Translations under genes and position numbers: made by a program
Part shown: positions 50,646-62,656 of the stretch, piece after piece
How positions within the stretch are numbered: position 1 is the stretch's first letter
How the letters are laid out: each line of letters starts with the position of its first letter
Notes under the pieces: model-generated
What the model was told of the DNA's origin: nothing
Database searches by the model: none
Seen by the model: only the letters and a program-made list of their open reading frames with translations
NCBI GenBank assembly: GCA_030390025.1
Contig: CM059432.1
Span: forward strand, 69,318,001-69,382,000
Direction: 5' to 3'
DNA: 64,000 nt
Source: Squalus acanthias
Taxonomy: Eukaryota

Positions 50646-52959
50646 CCCTGTAATTCTTTTTGGGTGCGCGGCCCCTTTAAGGGGCTGCACAGACCATTCA
50701 AACTTCCGCGCAGGCGCAGATTTTCCATTGAGAAACTGGCAAGCAGCCTGCACGGGAGCTTCAGACAGCTGCGCGGCTGCATAGCTAAACAGGAATATTG
50801 GGTGACACCCAAGCATTTTGGCTGGGGTTCATGGGTAAGTCGCCTTCCGCAGAAGGAAACATTGAGTTCTTTCCCGGTGGCATTGAAGCAAACAATAAAT
50901 TAATTGTGATAAAACTTTAATCCCCATAAAGCTGTGCTCCTGTTTCAGGATCAGTTCAAACTCTATCATTCACATAGTTTAAATAATGGGAGCAATTTTT
51001 ATCTCACTATCACTCCGTCTATGTCTGAAATAGGATGTTAGTGGAACCAAAATTGGGAGTGAAATGGAACCGTCAATTTATTATTGGTTGTTCACCTATT
51101 CTGATTTTCAAGAGGACCTTAAATTAGGCAGCCAGAGCTTCTGCCAGACCCAGCCAGGCACCGAATGAATATATACAAGAAAGGGTCAAATGATATTGTC
51201 AACACCCTTGATGCCATTTTCGTCTCTGTCCACATTCTTATCACTAGTTTTTCATGCTGCCCACAAACCATGGGTACAAATTGGGAGGCGGACATTTCCA
51301 GCAATATTTAAAGCGATCCTCAGTTGCTCTCAAGTCAAATGCTGGAATGTTTTGGGAGACGTTTTGCTTGTATTACACTGTTGGTTTTGGCTGCTATGGG
51401 GTTTTAAAATTTTCGAGTGAGCTGACCCTGTGAGAGGCAGTCAGAATCAAGAGTAGGTCTTTGCAGGAAAAAAAAGCCAAAGGAAACACAGGTTTAAAAA
51501 TGTTTACAAGGTGCAGAAATCACTATATAAAGTTTGCAGACTGTTCAAGCTCACAATCTCCTCTCTTCTGCTTGATCAGGTGATCCTGGCAACTGCTGTG
51601 CCTCATAGGTCACTGTGTAAATTACCCAGAGTGCCCTGCAGAGCAATACTATTGGATATAGAAGCTCCATAAAAGTGTGGATTTTATTTGGGGAGAGATG
51701 TTTAAGATACTCACAGCTGAGAACTCTTTTAAAATTCAGGCATAGAGTTCATAGTGATTAGTTTATTCTCTTTTATAAATGCTAATGATGGTTGCAGATA
51801 TAAATGGGCATCTGTTTTATAAATGGGTGTGGTGAACAAACTGGAAAGGTGGCTCGTCTCTTGCTCTTTTTTCTGCTAATTTATCTGGAGAAAGCTGCCC
51901 ACCGTGATGTTACAGTAAGGGGATCCTGCTGACAGATGTCTGTATGGCATCAATCTTCTCTTCCTGAAATGGAACTGAGCTGTTGAACACACTCACACCC
52001 AGAAATTCTGTTGTGATTGATACTGAAGTGCATAATTAAAACTGAGGGATGGTCTATATAGTTATTTTGGTTCAGTGAAATTTATTATATGTTGTTTTTA
52101 CTCCACTGAAAGTTTCAAATAGTTTCTTTGCTATTTGCATGCTGGGGTGACAACATTTTACAGTGAACATTAGTCTATTGGATTGTTTTTTTACTCTTTT
52201 TCATAACTTTTCAAAGCAGTTAGTTCTGTCGTTGGATTTGTCGGGTCCAAACTTACCATTCTGGTGATTTGATCCATTATATTATTGTGCAACACAATAA
52301 CATGTTATTTTAAACAGCATTCACTGGCAATTAAGAACCAATGAATTACTATCTGATACCTACCTAACAAATCTAATTAAGTTATTCAATTCAAGCATAA
52401 CAATTATGGATACAGGAATAGATTGGATGATTTTCAAGACTTTATTAAATATTGTTCACAATCCTATTACAGAGGACTATGAACATTATTATGATATTTT
52501 ATTTATGAGTAGATCTAACAAAAAAATGACTTGTCATGGACATGGCTGGTTCCCTCACTTCATTATTTCTGGTCATGTATCTTTTTAGATAATATTGTTG
52601 TGTTTCTTCGTTGTAGAATGTTTTATATCGTCTGAAAACTTCCCTCAAACCACACCTTTCAGTTATTTCATGTTTTCTGCATCCCAAGTAAAGACAGCAA
52701 CTGGAATATCCTGGAATAGGGAAGAGCTTCCAAAAATCTTGGCAAAGCCCTGTTCCTAAAGGAGCACTACATATTCACGATACTAACACCTTACAAGAAG
52801 CACTTAAGTTTTCTAATTATTATACACTGTGATTACAGATTTCCACTAGGAAGCTTGAGAAATGTGGTCTTTGCTGCATCCGCAGGCCATTAAATGGGCA
52901 TCCATAAAGGAAACTTAGCTCTGTGTGTTTACTGATTCAGAAAAAAAATATTTCAATGG

Positions 52960-53650
52960 TGTTCCTCATGTAGAGAGACAGGCTCCAAAGTACTTTACAA
53001 GTTGGTGGACAAGGAGTGGACACAGAAAAGAAGGGAGAGGAAAGAGAGGGATTGGGGGTGGGGGGTGGGGGGAGAGGGTGGTGAAAGCTTAGTTGGAGAT
53101 AAGGGTATTTAGAAGCAATTATGAAAGTAGGGAGGGATTTCCAGAGGGTGAGCTGTTGAGGTTGAAGGAGAAGCTAATGATTGGTGTGGTGGAAGTGGGA
53201 AACAAGAAATAGATCATTGTTGGAAGTGGAGAGAGCAGGTGAGAAAACATACAACAGGAAATCACAGAGGCAGGGAGAAGCAAAGGATTTGAAAGTTGGG
53301 ACTTTATCTTCAAGTTAATTCTTTGGGATAAGGGAGGCAGTGGAACTTGGCAAGGAAGGAGGTGATGGGGATATGGGCTTTAGTGTGGGTGAGAATGCAG
53401 ATCACAGTGGTCTGGATGAGTTGTAGTTTATGGGGGGAGGAAGGCCGGCAAAGACAACAGTACAGAAATACAGCTTTTAGGTAATAAATATATGGATTGG
53501 GGGCAGAGAGGGAGAGGTAGAAGCGGATGTAGACAGTCTTTCAAAGGTGAAAGAAAGCGGTGTGGTTAATGACTTTGATGCAGGGAAGAACTGGAGCTTA
53601 GGATTGAGCAGATTGTCAAGTATCCACATCTCTGGGCTTAGCCTACACTG
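52960..53650 (-). mobile_element. Old L2 fragment
   Basis: Purine-rich plus strand typical of antisense L2; weak peptide similarity. Confidence 0.5.
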
Positions 53651-54552
53651 GAGGTAAAACACTGCTATGGAAAAATCATGATTTGAGATATATATAGAAA
53701 AATAGTTAATATATTTTCAGTAAAGTAAGAATTTTTTTTTAAATTACTTGGCACAAGAATTTCTATATAACTTTTAGTTTATTCTAATTTGTGGCTTAAA
53801 AAAAAGTCATCGAAGAATGTTGCTGCTTCAGCAAAACATGAACTTTTGGTCCTGAAAGGAAATTGCTGATTTATTTTCTTTAAGGAAGCAGAAATGCAAA
53901 TATTCTAAAAATATTCACACCTCTTTTGAAGATGCAGACAATGGATTTAACACATATGTTAGACAGAGAGCTTCCTGAAATAAAGCCTGCACTACAAAAA
54001 TTTATTTGGGAGTAGAGCAAATCAAAGCTGGTAACAGAAAATAAGTCTGTGTCACTTTAATTTACTGCTACCAGTTTGCAACATATACCACTAAGTGGTG
54101 CACTGGTGCATATGGTGAAGGATAAGGAAGAAAACAGGTATATACTGTCAATGTGAAAAATGAATCAAAGTTGTTCAGCAAAGCGCAGGAAAATTAAGTA
54201 ACAAATGTTTCCAAAAAAAGGCAAGCTAATATATTTAGACACAACATTATCTGTACAATTAAGGTTACTTCAGTTTATTCAGCCTACTTTCTGAAACTAT
54301 TATTAAAAATATTATTTGTCTTTGTTCAAATCTTTATCATGTAATACAATTATTTTTTAAAACACGGTTACAAATATTAAGTTATTCCAAACTATCTAAA
54401 GGTATTGTTTGAATCTTTTATGTTTGTGGTAGGGAAAGAAAGTATTCAAGTCATGATTGACTCCAGATTGATAAGGGAAAATTTTCTGAGGCTGCACTCA
54501 TGATAATGGGGAAAAAGGAAATGGCAGAGACATTAAACAAATACTTTGCATC

Positions 54553-55393
54553 AAAATCCACGACAAGGCCTTGGACAACGTTGACCACTTTCCATACCTC
54601 GGGAGCCTACTGTCAACAAGGGCAGACGTCGACGACGAAGTCCAACACTGCCTTCAGTGTGCCAGTGCAGCCTTCGGTCGCCTGAGGAAGAGAGTGTTTG
54701 AAGACCAGGACCTCAAACCTGGCACTAACCTCATCGTCTACAGAGCAGCAGTGATACCAGCCCTGCTGTATGCCTCAGAGACATGGACCATGTACAGCAG
54801 GCACCTCAAAGCACTGGAGAGGTACCACCAACGCTGCCTCCGCAAGATCCTGCAAATCCATTGGCAGGATAGGCGCACCAACGTCAATGTTCTTGCTCAG
54901 GCCAACATCCCCAGCATCGAAGCTTTGACCACGCTCGATCAGCTCCGATGGACGGGTCACATTGTCCGCCTGCCCGATACGAGACTCCCAAAACAAGCGC
55001 TCTACTCGGAGCTCTGGCACGGCAAGAGAGCCCCAGGTGGGCAGAGGAAACGCTTCAAGGACACCCTCAAAGCCTCCTTGAAAAAGTGTAACATCCCCAC
55101 CGACACCTGGGAATCCCTGGCCTAAGACCGCACAAAGTGGAGGAGAAGCATCTGGGAAGGCGCCGAACACCTCGAGTCTCTTCGCCGGGAGCAAGCGGAA
55201 GCCAAGCGCAGGCAGCGCAAGGAGCGCACGTCAACCCAAGCACCCCACCCACCTGCCCCTTCAACCACCATCTGCCCCACCTGTGACAGAGACTGTAGGT
55301 CCCGCATTGGACTCATCAGTCACCTGCGAACTCATTTTTAATGTGGAAGCAAGTCATCCTCGGTTCCGAGGGACTGCCTAAGAAGAAGAGAAG
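54553..55393 (+). mobile_element. RTE (BovB-group) LINE 3' end, 10-bp TSD
   Basis: VDHFPYLGS..LLYASETWT..LERYHQRCLRKIL..LRWTGHIVRLPDTRLPKQALY; C2H2 CPTCDRDCRSRIGLISHLRTH; (GAA)n tail; TSD actttgcatc at 54543 and 55394. Confidence 0.94.
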
Positions 55394-57022
55394 ACTTTGC
55401 ATCTGTCTTCAAGGAAGAAGACACAAAAAAATTCCCAAAATAGTGGGGAACCTAGAGTCTAGTGAGAATGAGGAACTTAAAGAAATTAGTATTAGTAAAG
55501 AAATAGTACTGGAGTGATTAATGGGACTTAAAGCCAATAAATCCCTTAGACCTGATGGCCTACATCTTAGGGTTTTAAAAGAAGTGTCTACAAGATACTG
55601 GATGCATTGGTTTTGATCTTCCAGAATTCCCCAGATTCTAGAACGGTCCCCACTGATTGAAAGGTATCAAATGTAACCCCGCTATTCAAAAAAGGAGGGA
55701 GAGAGAAAACAGGGAACTATAGACCAGTTAGCCTGACATCAGTAGTACGGAAAATGTTAGAATCTATTATTAGGGATGTAGTAACAGGGCACTTAGAAGT
55801 CAACACAGATTTATGAAAGGGAAATCATGTTTGACAAATCTGTTGAGTTTTTTGAGGTTGTAACTAACAGGGTAGATAAGGGGGAACCAGTGGATGTAGT
55901 GTATTTGGATTTTCAAAAAGCATTCGATAAGGTGCCACACAAGAGCTTCTTACACAAAATTAGAGCTCATGGGATTGGGGGTAATATATTAGCATTGATT
56001 GAGGATTGATTAACGGACAGAAAACAGAGAGTAGGTATAAATGGGTCATTTTCCGGTTGGCAGGCTGTAACTAGTGGGGTACCATAAGGAACAGTGCTTG
56101 GGCCTCAGCTATTTACAATCTATATCAATGACTTAGATGAGGGGATCAAGTGTAATGTATCCAAGTTTGCTGACGATACAAAGTTAGGTAGGAAAGTAAG
56201 TTCTGAGGAGGACTCACAGAGGCTGCAAAGGGATATAGACAGGTTAAGTGAGTGGGCAAGTACATGGCAGATGGAATCTAATGTGGAGAAATGTGAAGTT
56301 ATCCACTTTGGTAGGAAAAATAGAAAAGCAGAATATTTTTTAAATGGTGAGAGATTGGGAAATGTTGGTATTCAGAGGGACCTGGGTGTCCTTGTACACA
56401 AATCACTGAAAGTTAACATACAGGTACAGCAAGCAATTAGGAAAGCAATGGTATGTTAACCTTTATTGCAAAAGAATTGGAGTATAAGAGTAAAGAAGTC
56501 TTACTACAAATATATAGGGCTTTGATGAAACCACACCTGGAGTATTGTGTACAGTTTTGGTCTCCTTACCTAAGGAAGGATATACTTGCCTTAGAGATAG
56601 TGCAACAAAGGTTCACTGGACTGATTCCTGGGATGGGGGGTTGTCCTATGAGGAGAGATTGAGCAGACTAGGCCTATATTCCCATGAGTTATAAAAATGA
56701 GAGGGGATCTCATTGAAACGTATAAAATTCTTAAGGAGCTTGACAGGGTAGATGCTGGGAGGATGTTTCCCCTGGCTAGGGAGTCTAGAACTAGGGGTCA
56801 TAATCTCAGAATAAGGGGTCGGCAATTTAGGACTGAGATGAGGGGAAATTTCATCACTCATCGGGATGTGAAGTTTTGGAATTCTCTACCCCAGAGGGCT
56901 GTGGACGCCAGTCATTGAGTATATTCAAAGCAGAGATCGATAGAGTTTTGGATACTAAGGGAACCAAGGGATATGGGGATAGTGCGGGAAGGTGGAGTTG
57001 AGGTAGAAGATCAGCCATGATC

Positions 57023-57117
57023 CCGTCACTTCACCTGACGAAGGAGCAGCGCTCCGAAAGCTTGTGATTTCAAATAAAACTGTTGGACTATAACCTGGTG
57101 TTGTGCGACTTCTCACA
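57023..57117 (+). ncRNA. 95-bp pLTR mini-insertion containing an intact minimal hammerhead (57031-57067)
   Basis: tcac-CTGACGA-a-ggagc-agc-gctcc-GAAA-gc-tt-gtga; AATAAA at 57073; TSD atgatc at 57017 and 57118. Confidence 0.87.
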
Positions 57118-57429
57118 ATGATCTTATTGAATGGTGGAGCAGGCTCGAAGGGCCAAATGGCCTACTTCTGCTCCTATTTCTTATATGACATGGAGCCTCA
57201 CTGGCCAGGAGTGCAAAATCAGACACGGTGGCCTGAATGATGGATGCACAACGGACTGGGGTAAATAAGTTGATTCACTGTCTGGGCAGTAAACAATAGA
57301 ATAAAAATCAGGCAGGTTCTACAAAGGGCTTGCAAGCCTCTCTACCAGATTACCACCCAGGTGGTGGAGACAACAATTTAACCCACTATATTTTGCGGTG
57401 AAGAAATTTGCTGTTTATTTTGTTTCAAT

Positions 57430-58025
57430 GGAAACATTATAACTAGAGGACTAGAATACAAGGGGTTAGAAGTTATGCTACAGCTATACAAAGCCCTTGT
57501 TAGGCCACACCTGGAGTATTGTGTTCAGTTATGGGCACCCCACCTTAGGAAGGCCTTGGAGGGAGTGCAGAGTAGATTTACTAGAATGATACCTGGACTC
57601 CAATGGTTAAATTACTTGGAGAGATTACACAAACTAGGGTTATTTTCCCTGGAATTTAGAAAGGTAAGGGGTGATTTGATTGAAGTTTTCAAGATATTAA
57701 GGGGAACTGATAGGGTAGATAGAGAGAAACTATTTCCGCTGGTTGGAGAGTCTAGGACTAGGGGGCATAGTTGAAAAATTAGAGCCAGGCCTTTCAGGAG
57801 TGAAGTTAGGAAACACTTCTACACACAAAGGGTGGAACACTTCTGCAAATGGCAGTTAATGCTCGGTCAATTGTTCATTATACATATGAGAGTGATAGAT
57901 TTTTGTTAACCAAAGGTATTAAGGATATGGGGCAAAGATGGGTATATGAAGTTAGGTCACAGATCAGCCATTAAATGGCGGAACAGGCTCGAGGGGCTAA
58001 ATGGCCTACTCCTGTTCCTATTTAC
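57430..58025 (+). mobile_element. CR1 3' end
   Basis: MLQLYKALVRPHLEYCVQLWAP..ESRTRGHS; tail. Confidence 0.9.
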
Positions 58026-58132
58026 ATAGTTGGGCTCCTGCACATGAGAATAATAAAAGTGGTTTATACTGTTATTCAGGGGCACAAATGAATGTCTTCC
58101 CTTTTCGTTTATGGTGCTCAATCTGTAACTAT

Positions 58133-58268
58133 GGAGTAGATTTTGACTGTGTGATAGTGTAAAATGGGTTATTGAGTCGGCAGTCTGTTTTACATATCTC
58201 CTGATTTTTATTTCCATTGATTCACTATCACCCGTTTTACACTATTGCACAAAGTCAAGATCGACCCC
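58133..58268. mobile_element. Palindromic MITE
   Basis: attttgactgtgtgatagtgtaaaatggg / cccgttttacactattgcacaaagtcaagat. Confidence 0.7.
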
Positions 58269-58584
58269 AATCTGCTTATAGCCACTGCCAGTATTTTGTG
58301 GCATGCCGGTGGTAGTGGTCAGTATGACGTCGAGTTAAAGAGGTTTCTCCCCTCTTTTGCCTTTCATATATTAGAACTAAACGTAGAAAGACTTAACAAA
58401 AAACACGCAAGACCTTTCTGTATCAGAGTCAGGGAACCATAAGTGTCTTTTTGTTACTTTTATTTGTTATGCCATGACTTTTATTTGTTACGCCATGAAA
58501 GTAATGGTGCACCACAGCGCTCCCTCTGTCACAGTACTGTCAATGCTGCTGAGTTTAGGCCCACCCAACACTTCATTTAGTGAA

Positions 58585-59960
58585 TCGTAAAATCATAGAA
58601 ATTTACAGCACAGAAGGAGGCCATTCAGCCCATCTTGTCCGTGCCGGCCGACAAAGAGCTATCCACCCTAATCCCACTTTCCAGCACTTGGTCCGTAGCC
58701 TTGTAGGTTACGACACTTCAAGTGTATATCCAAGAAATGTTTAAATGTGATGAGCTTTTCTGCCTCTACCACCCTTTCAGGCAGTGAGTTCCAGACCCCC
58801 ACCCCCCTCTGGGTGAAAAAAATTCTCCTCAAGTCCCCTCTAAACTTCCTACCAATTACTTTAAATCTATGTCCCCTGGTTATTGACCCTTCTGCTAAGG
58901 GAAATAGGTCCTTCCTACCCACTCTATCTAGGTCCCTCATAATTTTATACACCTCAATTAGGTCTCCCCTCAGCCTCCTCTGTTCCAAAGAAAACAACCC
59001 CAGCCTATCCAATCTTTCCTCATAGGCAAAATTCCCCAGCCCAGGCAACATCCTCGTAAATCTCCTCTGCACCCTCTTTAGTGCAATCACATCCTTCCTG
59101 TAATGTGCTGACCAGAACTGCACGCAGTTCTGGTCATCTGCGGCCTAACTAGTGTTTTATACAGTTCAAGCATAACCTCCCTGCTCTTATATTCTATGCC
59201 TTGGCTAACAAAGGCAAGTATCCTGTATGCCTTCTTAGCCTCCTTATCTACCTGTCCTGCTACCTTCAGGGATCTGTGGACATACACTCCAAGGTCCCTC
59301 TGATCCTCTGCACTTCTCAGTGTCCTACCATTTATTGCGTATTCGCTTGCCTTATTAGCCCTCCCCAAATGCATTACCTCAAACTTCTCCAGATTGAATT
59401 CCATTTGCCACTGTTCTACCCACCAGACCAGTCCATTGATGTCTTCTTGCAGTCTACAGCTTTCTTCTTTATTATCAACCACACGGCCAATTTTTGTATC
59501 ATCTGCAAACTTCTTAATCATACTTCCTACATTCAAGTCCAAATCATTGATATATACCACAAAAAGCAAATGATCCAGTACTGAGCCCTGTGGAACCCCA
59601 CTGGAAACAGCCTTCCAGTCACAAAAACACCCTTCAACCATTACCCTTTGCTTCCTGCCTCTGAGCCAATTTTGGATCCAACTTGCCACTTTGCCCTGGA
59701 TCCCATGGGCTTTTACTTTCATGACCGGTCTGCCATGCGGGACCTTATCAAAAGCCCTGCTAAAATCCACATAGACTACATCAAACACACTACCCTCATC
59801 GACCCTCCTTGAGGAGGTATCCTCAAAAAATTCAATCAAGTTAGTCAGACACGACCTTCCTTAACAAATCCATGCTGACTGTCCCTGATTAATCCGTGTC
59901 TTTCTAAATGAAGATTTATCCTGTCCCTCAGAATTTTTTCCAATAATTTTCGTACCACCG
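58585..59960 (-). mobile_element. CR1 LINE RT-to-tail fragment
   Basis: [47 protein letters not shown]; (atagaa) tail. Confidence 0.93.
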
Positions 59961-60241
59961 AGAATATGGCTCCGATACTTATGGGGAGGCAGGGGAGGGT
60001 GAGGGGAAGGCCGGAAACGGCTGAAGAACCCAGCAAGGCCGGGGAAATGGATGTCCTGCCGATCATATCAACATAAAAATTAGGAGCAGGAGCAGGTTCG
60101 AGGGGCCGTATGGCCTACTCCTGCTCCTAATTGTTATGTTCTTACATTCTTATGATGCGGAGATGCCGGTGTTGGACTGGGGTGGACAAAAATGAGAAGT
60201 CGCACAACACCAGGTTATAGTCCAACAGTTTTATTTAAAAT

Positions 60242-60276
60242 TACGAGCTTTCGGAGCTCTGCTCCTTCTTCAGGTA
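60242..60276 (-). ncRNA. Minimal type I hammerhead ribozyme motif (inverted copy)
   Basis: Exact reverse complement of 60309-60343. Confidence 0.82.
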
Positions 60277-60308
60277 CAGTGAGGGATTGTATTCCCTCAC
60301 TGTACCTG

Positions 60309-60343
60309 TACCTGAAGAAGGAGCAGAGCTCCGAAAGCTCGTA
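60309..60343 (+). ncRNA. Minimal type I hammerhead ribozyme motif
   Basis: tac-CTGAAGA-a-ggagc-aga-gctcc-GAAA-gc-tc-gta. Confidence 0.82.
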
Positions 60344-61382
60344 ATTTTAAATAAAACTGTTGGACTATAACCTGGTGTTGTGCGACTTCTCATTTTTTAC
60401 ATTCTTATGACCTCATTAACATTTCTTAACTCTGTTTCCCACCCAGCAGCCAACCAAATAGACAGCCTGGCCGGTGGGCAGGAGGGAACACCAGAGGCAG
60501 GAGGCCGCAGCCAGATACCCTTTGAGATGGTCCCCGGCAATTGGGAGTTGGAGAGTCCGGGCAATCAGGGAGGGCTGGTTGGAGGTTGCCAGTTGGGGCT
60601 GGAGGGAGGTCAGCAATTAGAGCTGGGGCTTTGAAGGGAGGCTGGCGCTCAGGCCTGAGGGAGGCAGAAGGCTTCCTTGAGGGGCCGGGGGGAGCACTCC
60701 TGCTCTCCCTAGTGCTGAAAAAGGCCTTTACCTTGTGGAGTCAACAGCTCCCGCCTCTCTTTCACTGCTGAGTTTCCTGATCCCTGGGAAACTTGTGCAG
60801 CAGATCAATTTTAAATCGGGCTCCCAATTACACTGTGATTTAAATATATTAATTAAGTGTTCCTCCTCTCCACAGCCACCCCAATATCCACTGTGATAAA
60901 AAAGGTGACGGGCTCGTATGCAGTGTGTTGGGGTCGCGTTTCCCATATTTCATTTTTAACAGGCAGGAAAGGGTCGGGTGGGGGCAACTAGCGCGGCCTA
61001 TATATTTGTTGGCATTTGATGCATCACGTTCCTAGGGATTTCCTATTCTTTAAACCCATCCCACCATAATGGATGAGCATGGAAATGTACATCATGCTCA
61101 CAGTCTTAACTTTTATTCCTTCCTTTAGGTCCCATTGGACACGCACCAATTCCTCAAGAAGGCAGAGAGATGACCTGATGCCAGGACTCAGTCACTGCCA
61201 CTTTATGACCAGTTCTTCGAGAACTTCACTATTTTAGAACAAATTTGTCATAGTAAACATAATCTGAAATAAGAACCCTTTACTGATCTTTATTTTCTTC
61301 AATAGGTGACAGGGCAGCAGATCCAGAAATATACGCTTCTCAAAGTAACTTGCACTGAGCCTTGCCACGTGAGTGACATAAT

Positions 61383-62145
61383 GGCCCAGAAATTAAACAT
61401 GGATGGTTCCCGCGGGGGTAAGGATTCCCCGCGATATCGCACTCTGCGCCTACCTTTTTGCTCCGGGCCCACACGAACTTTAGTTTCAAAGGCCCTCTCT
61501 GTTGGAACCGTGCAGTGCTTGCGTGACCCAGAGGCGCAATTAGTTCGTGCGAGCTCTGGGATCACGTGATTCAGTTAGAGCCAATGGCAGCACACCATCT
61601 TTCATTCATAGTTTTGACGGCAAGCGCTGTCAAAGCTATGAATACTACACACCCCCAAAAGAACAGCTAAACCTCAATTAAATTTAAAAAAAGCCATCAC
61701 ATTAATAAAATAAGTATAGTTAAATAAATTAACCACTTTAAACAAAAAATAAAATTTTTGAAAAAATGTAAAATCTTTTTAAAAGTTGTAAAAATAAACT
61801 TACCTTTCTTTAAAGTCTCTAAAAAAGATAAACCTGTTGAAATTTTTTTTAAATAACACTTAATTAACTACTTACCTTGTTAAAAGGGGGTCCTATGCCT
61901 GCTTTCTTTGTGTATAAAATCTTCACCACTTACCTGCGCGTTCAAAGCTGAAAAAAAAACTAAGTGCACTGCGTGCGCACAGCCTGTAGTGCGCACGCGG
62001 TTCACTTAGGAACCGCCCCCTTTTCAATTCACGAAGTGCCGGTTTCCCGCGCATGCGCAGTGCATGCAGGAAACCGGCAATTCGGGATCTAATACGCGAG
62101 AGTACACAGTGCGTACTCTCGCGTATTAGGTTTAATTTTCGGGCC
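61383..62145. mobile_element. Harbinger-type MITE, copy 1
   Basis: TIR ggcccagaaattaaac / gtttaattttcgggcc; AAT TSD. Confidence 0.85.
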
Positions 62146-62656
62146 AATGATGCAAATTACAAATTGTGTTGAGTGAAAAAGGTGTCCAATCAGCATCACA
62201 AAATAACTAATTTGTTTCTGAAAATACTCTTTAATTATACAATAAATTCATAGAATCAAAACCACCTGCAATCTATTCTCAAATAATTAATGTCAGACAT
62301 CTTAATTAGCTTAATAATTTCCCCTTTGGTCACTTAAAATTTTCTAAATCCCTTCATTGCAATCATATGCAGAATTGTTCCATAAACACCACAAGATACA
62401 AGCTTGTTACACCTTCCAGTGAATCACTAAACTATTCTGCAACAATGTAATATCTCTCAGAGCTTTTATTTAACATTTTGGTGAATTTTGTGAGAAATGG
62501 AACTCTTTTTGTGTTAACATAGAGCATTCCCAGTGCTTTCAGAACCTTTCATTAATGTCATTTCACTGTTAACTGTGATAGCAATTGGCAATGGCACTGA
62601 AGTTTGAAGCAAAATAACATTGAATAATGGCTGTTGAAAAGAAACAAGAAGCTAAT

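Larger units (their letters stand above)
54499..57185 (+). mobile_element. CR1 LINE (5'-truncated) carrying RTE and pLTR insertions
   Basis: IMGKKEMAETLNKYFAS|VF.., RT motifs, 3' tail ggcctacttctgctcctatttcttat. Confidence 0.93.
60156..60396. mobile_element. Inverted pLTR pair (palindrome) with a hammerhead on each strand, 14-bp TSD
   Basis: Arms 60188-60286 and 60293-60397 are complementary apart from a 6-nt duplication (tgtacc); TSD ttacattcttatga at 60142 and 60397. Confidence 0.9.
59968..60998. mobile_element. Harbinger-type MITE hosting a CR1-tail hairpin and the pLTR palindrome
   Basis: TAT TSD at 59965 and 60999; diverged TIRs ggctccgatactt / aactagcgcggcc. Confidence 0.6.

Noticed and set aside
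58455..58500. ~21-bp tandem duplication (and the (AT)n tract at ~804-827)
   Set aside because: Ordinary slippage products.
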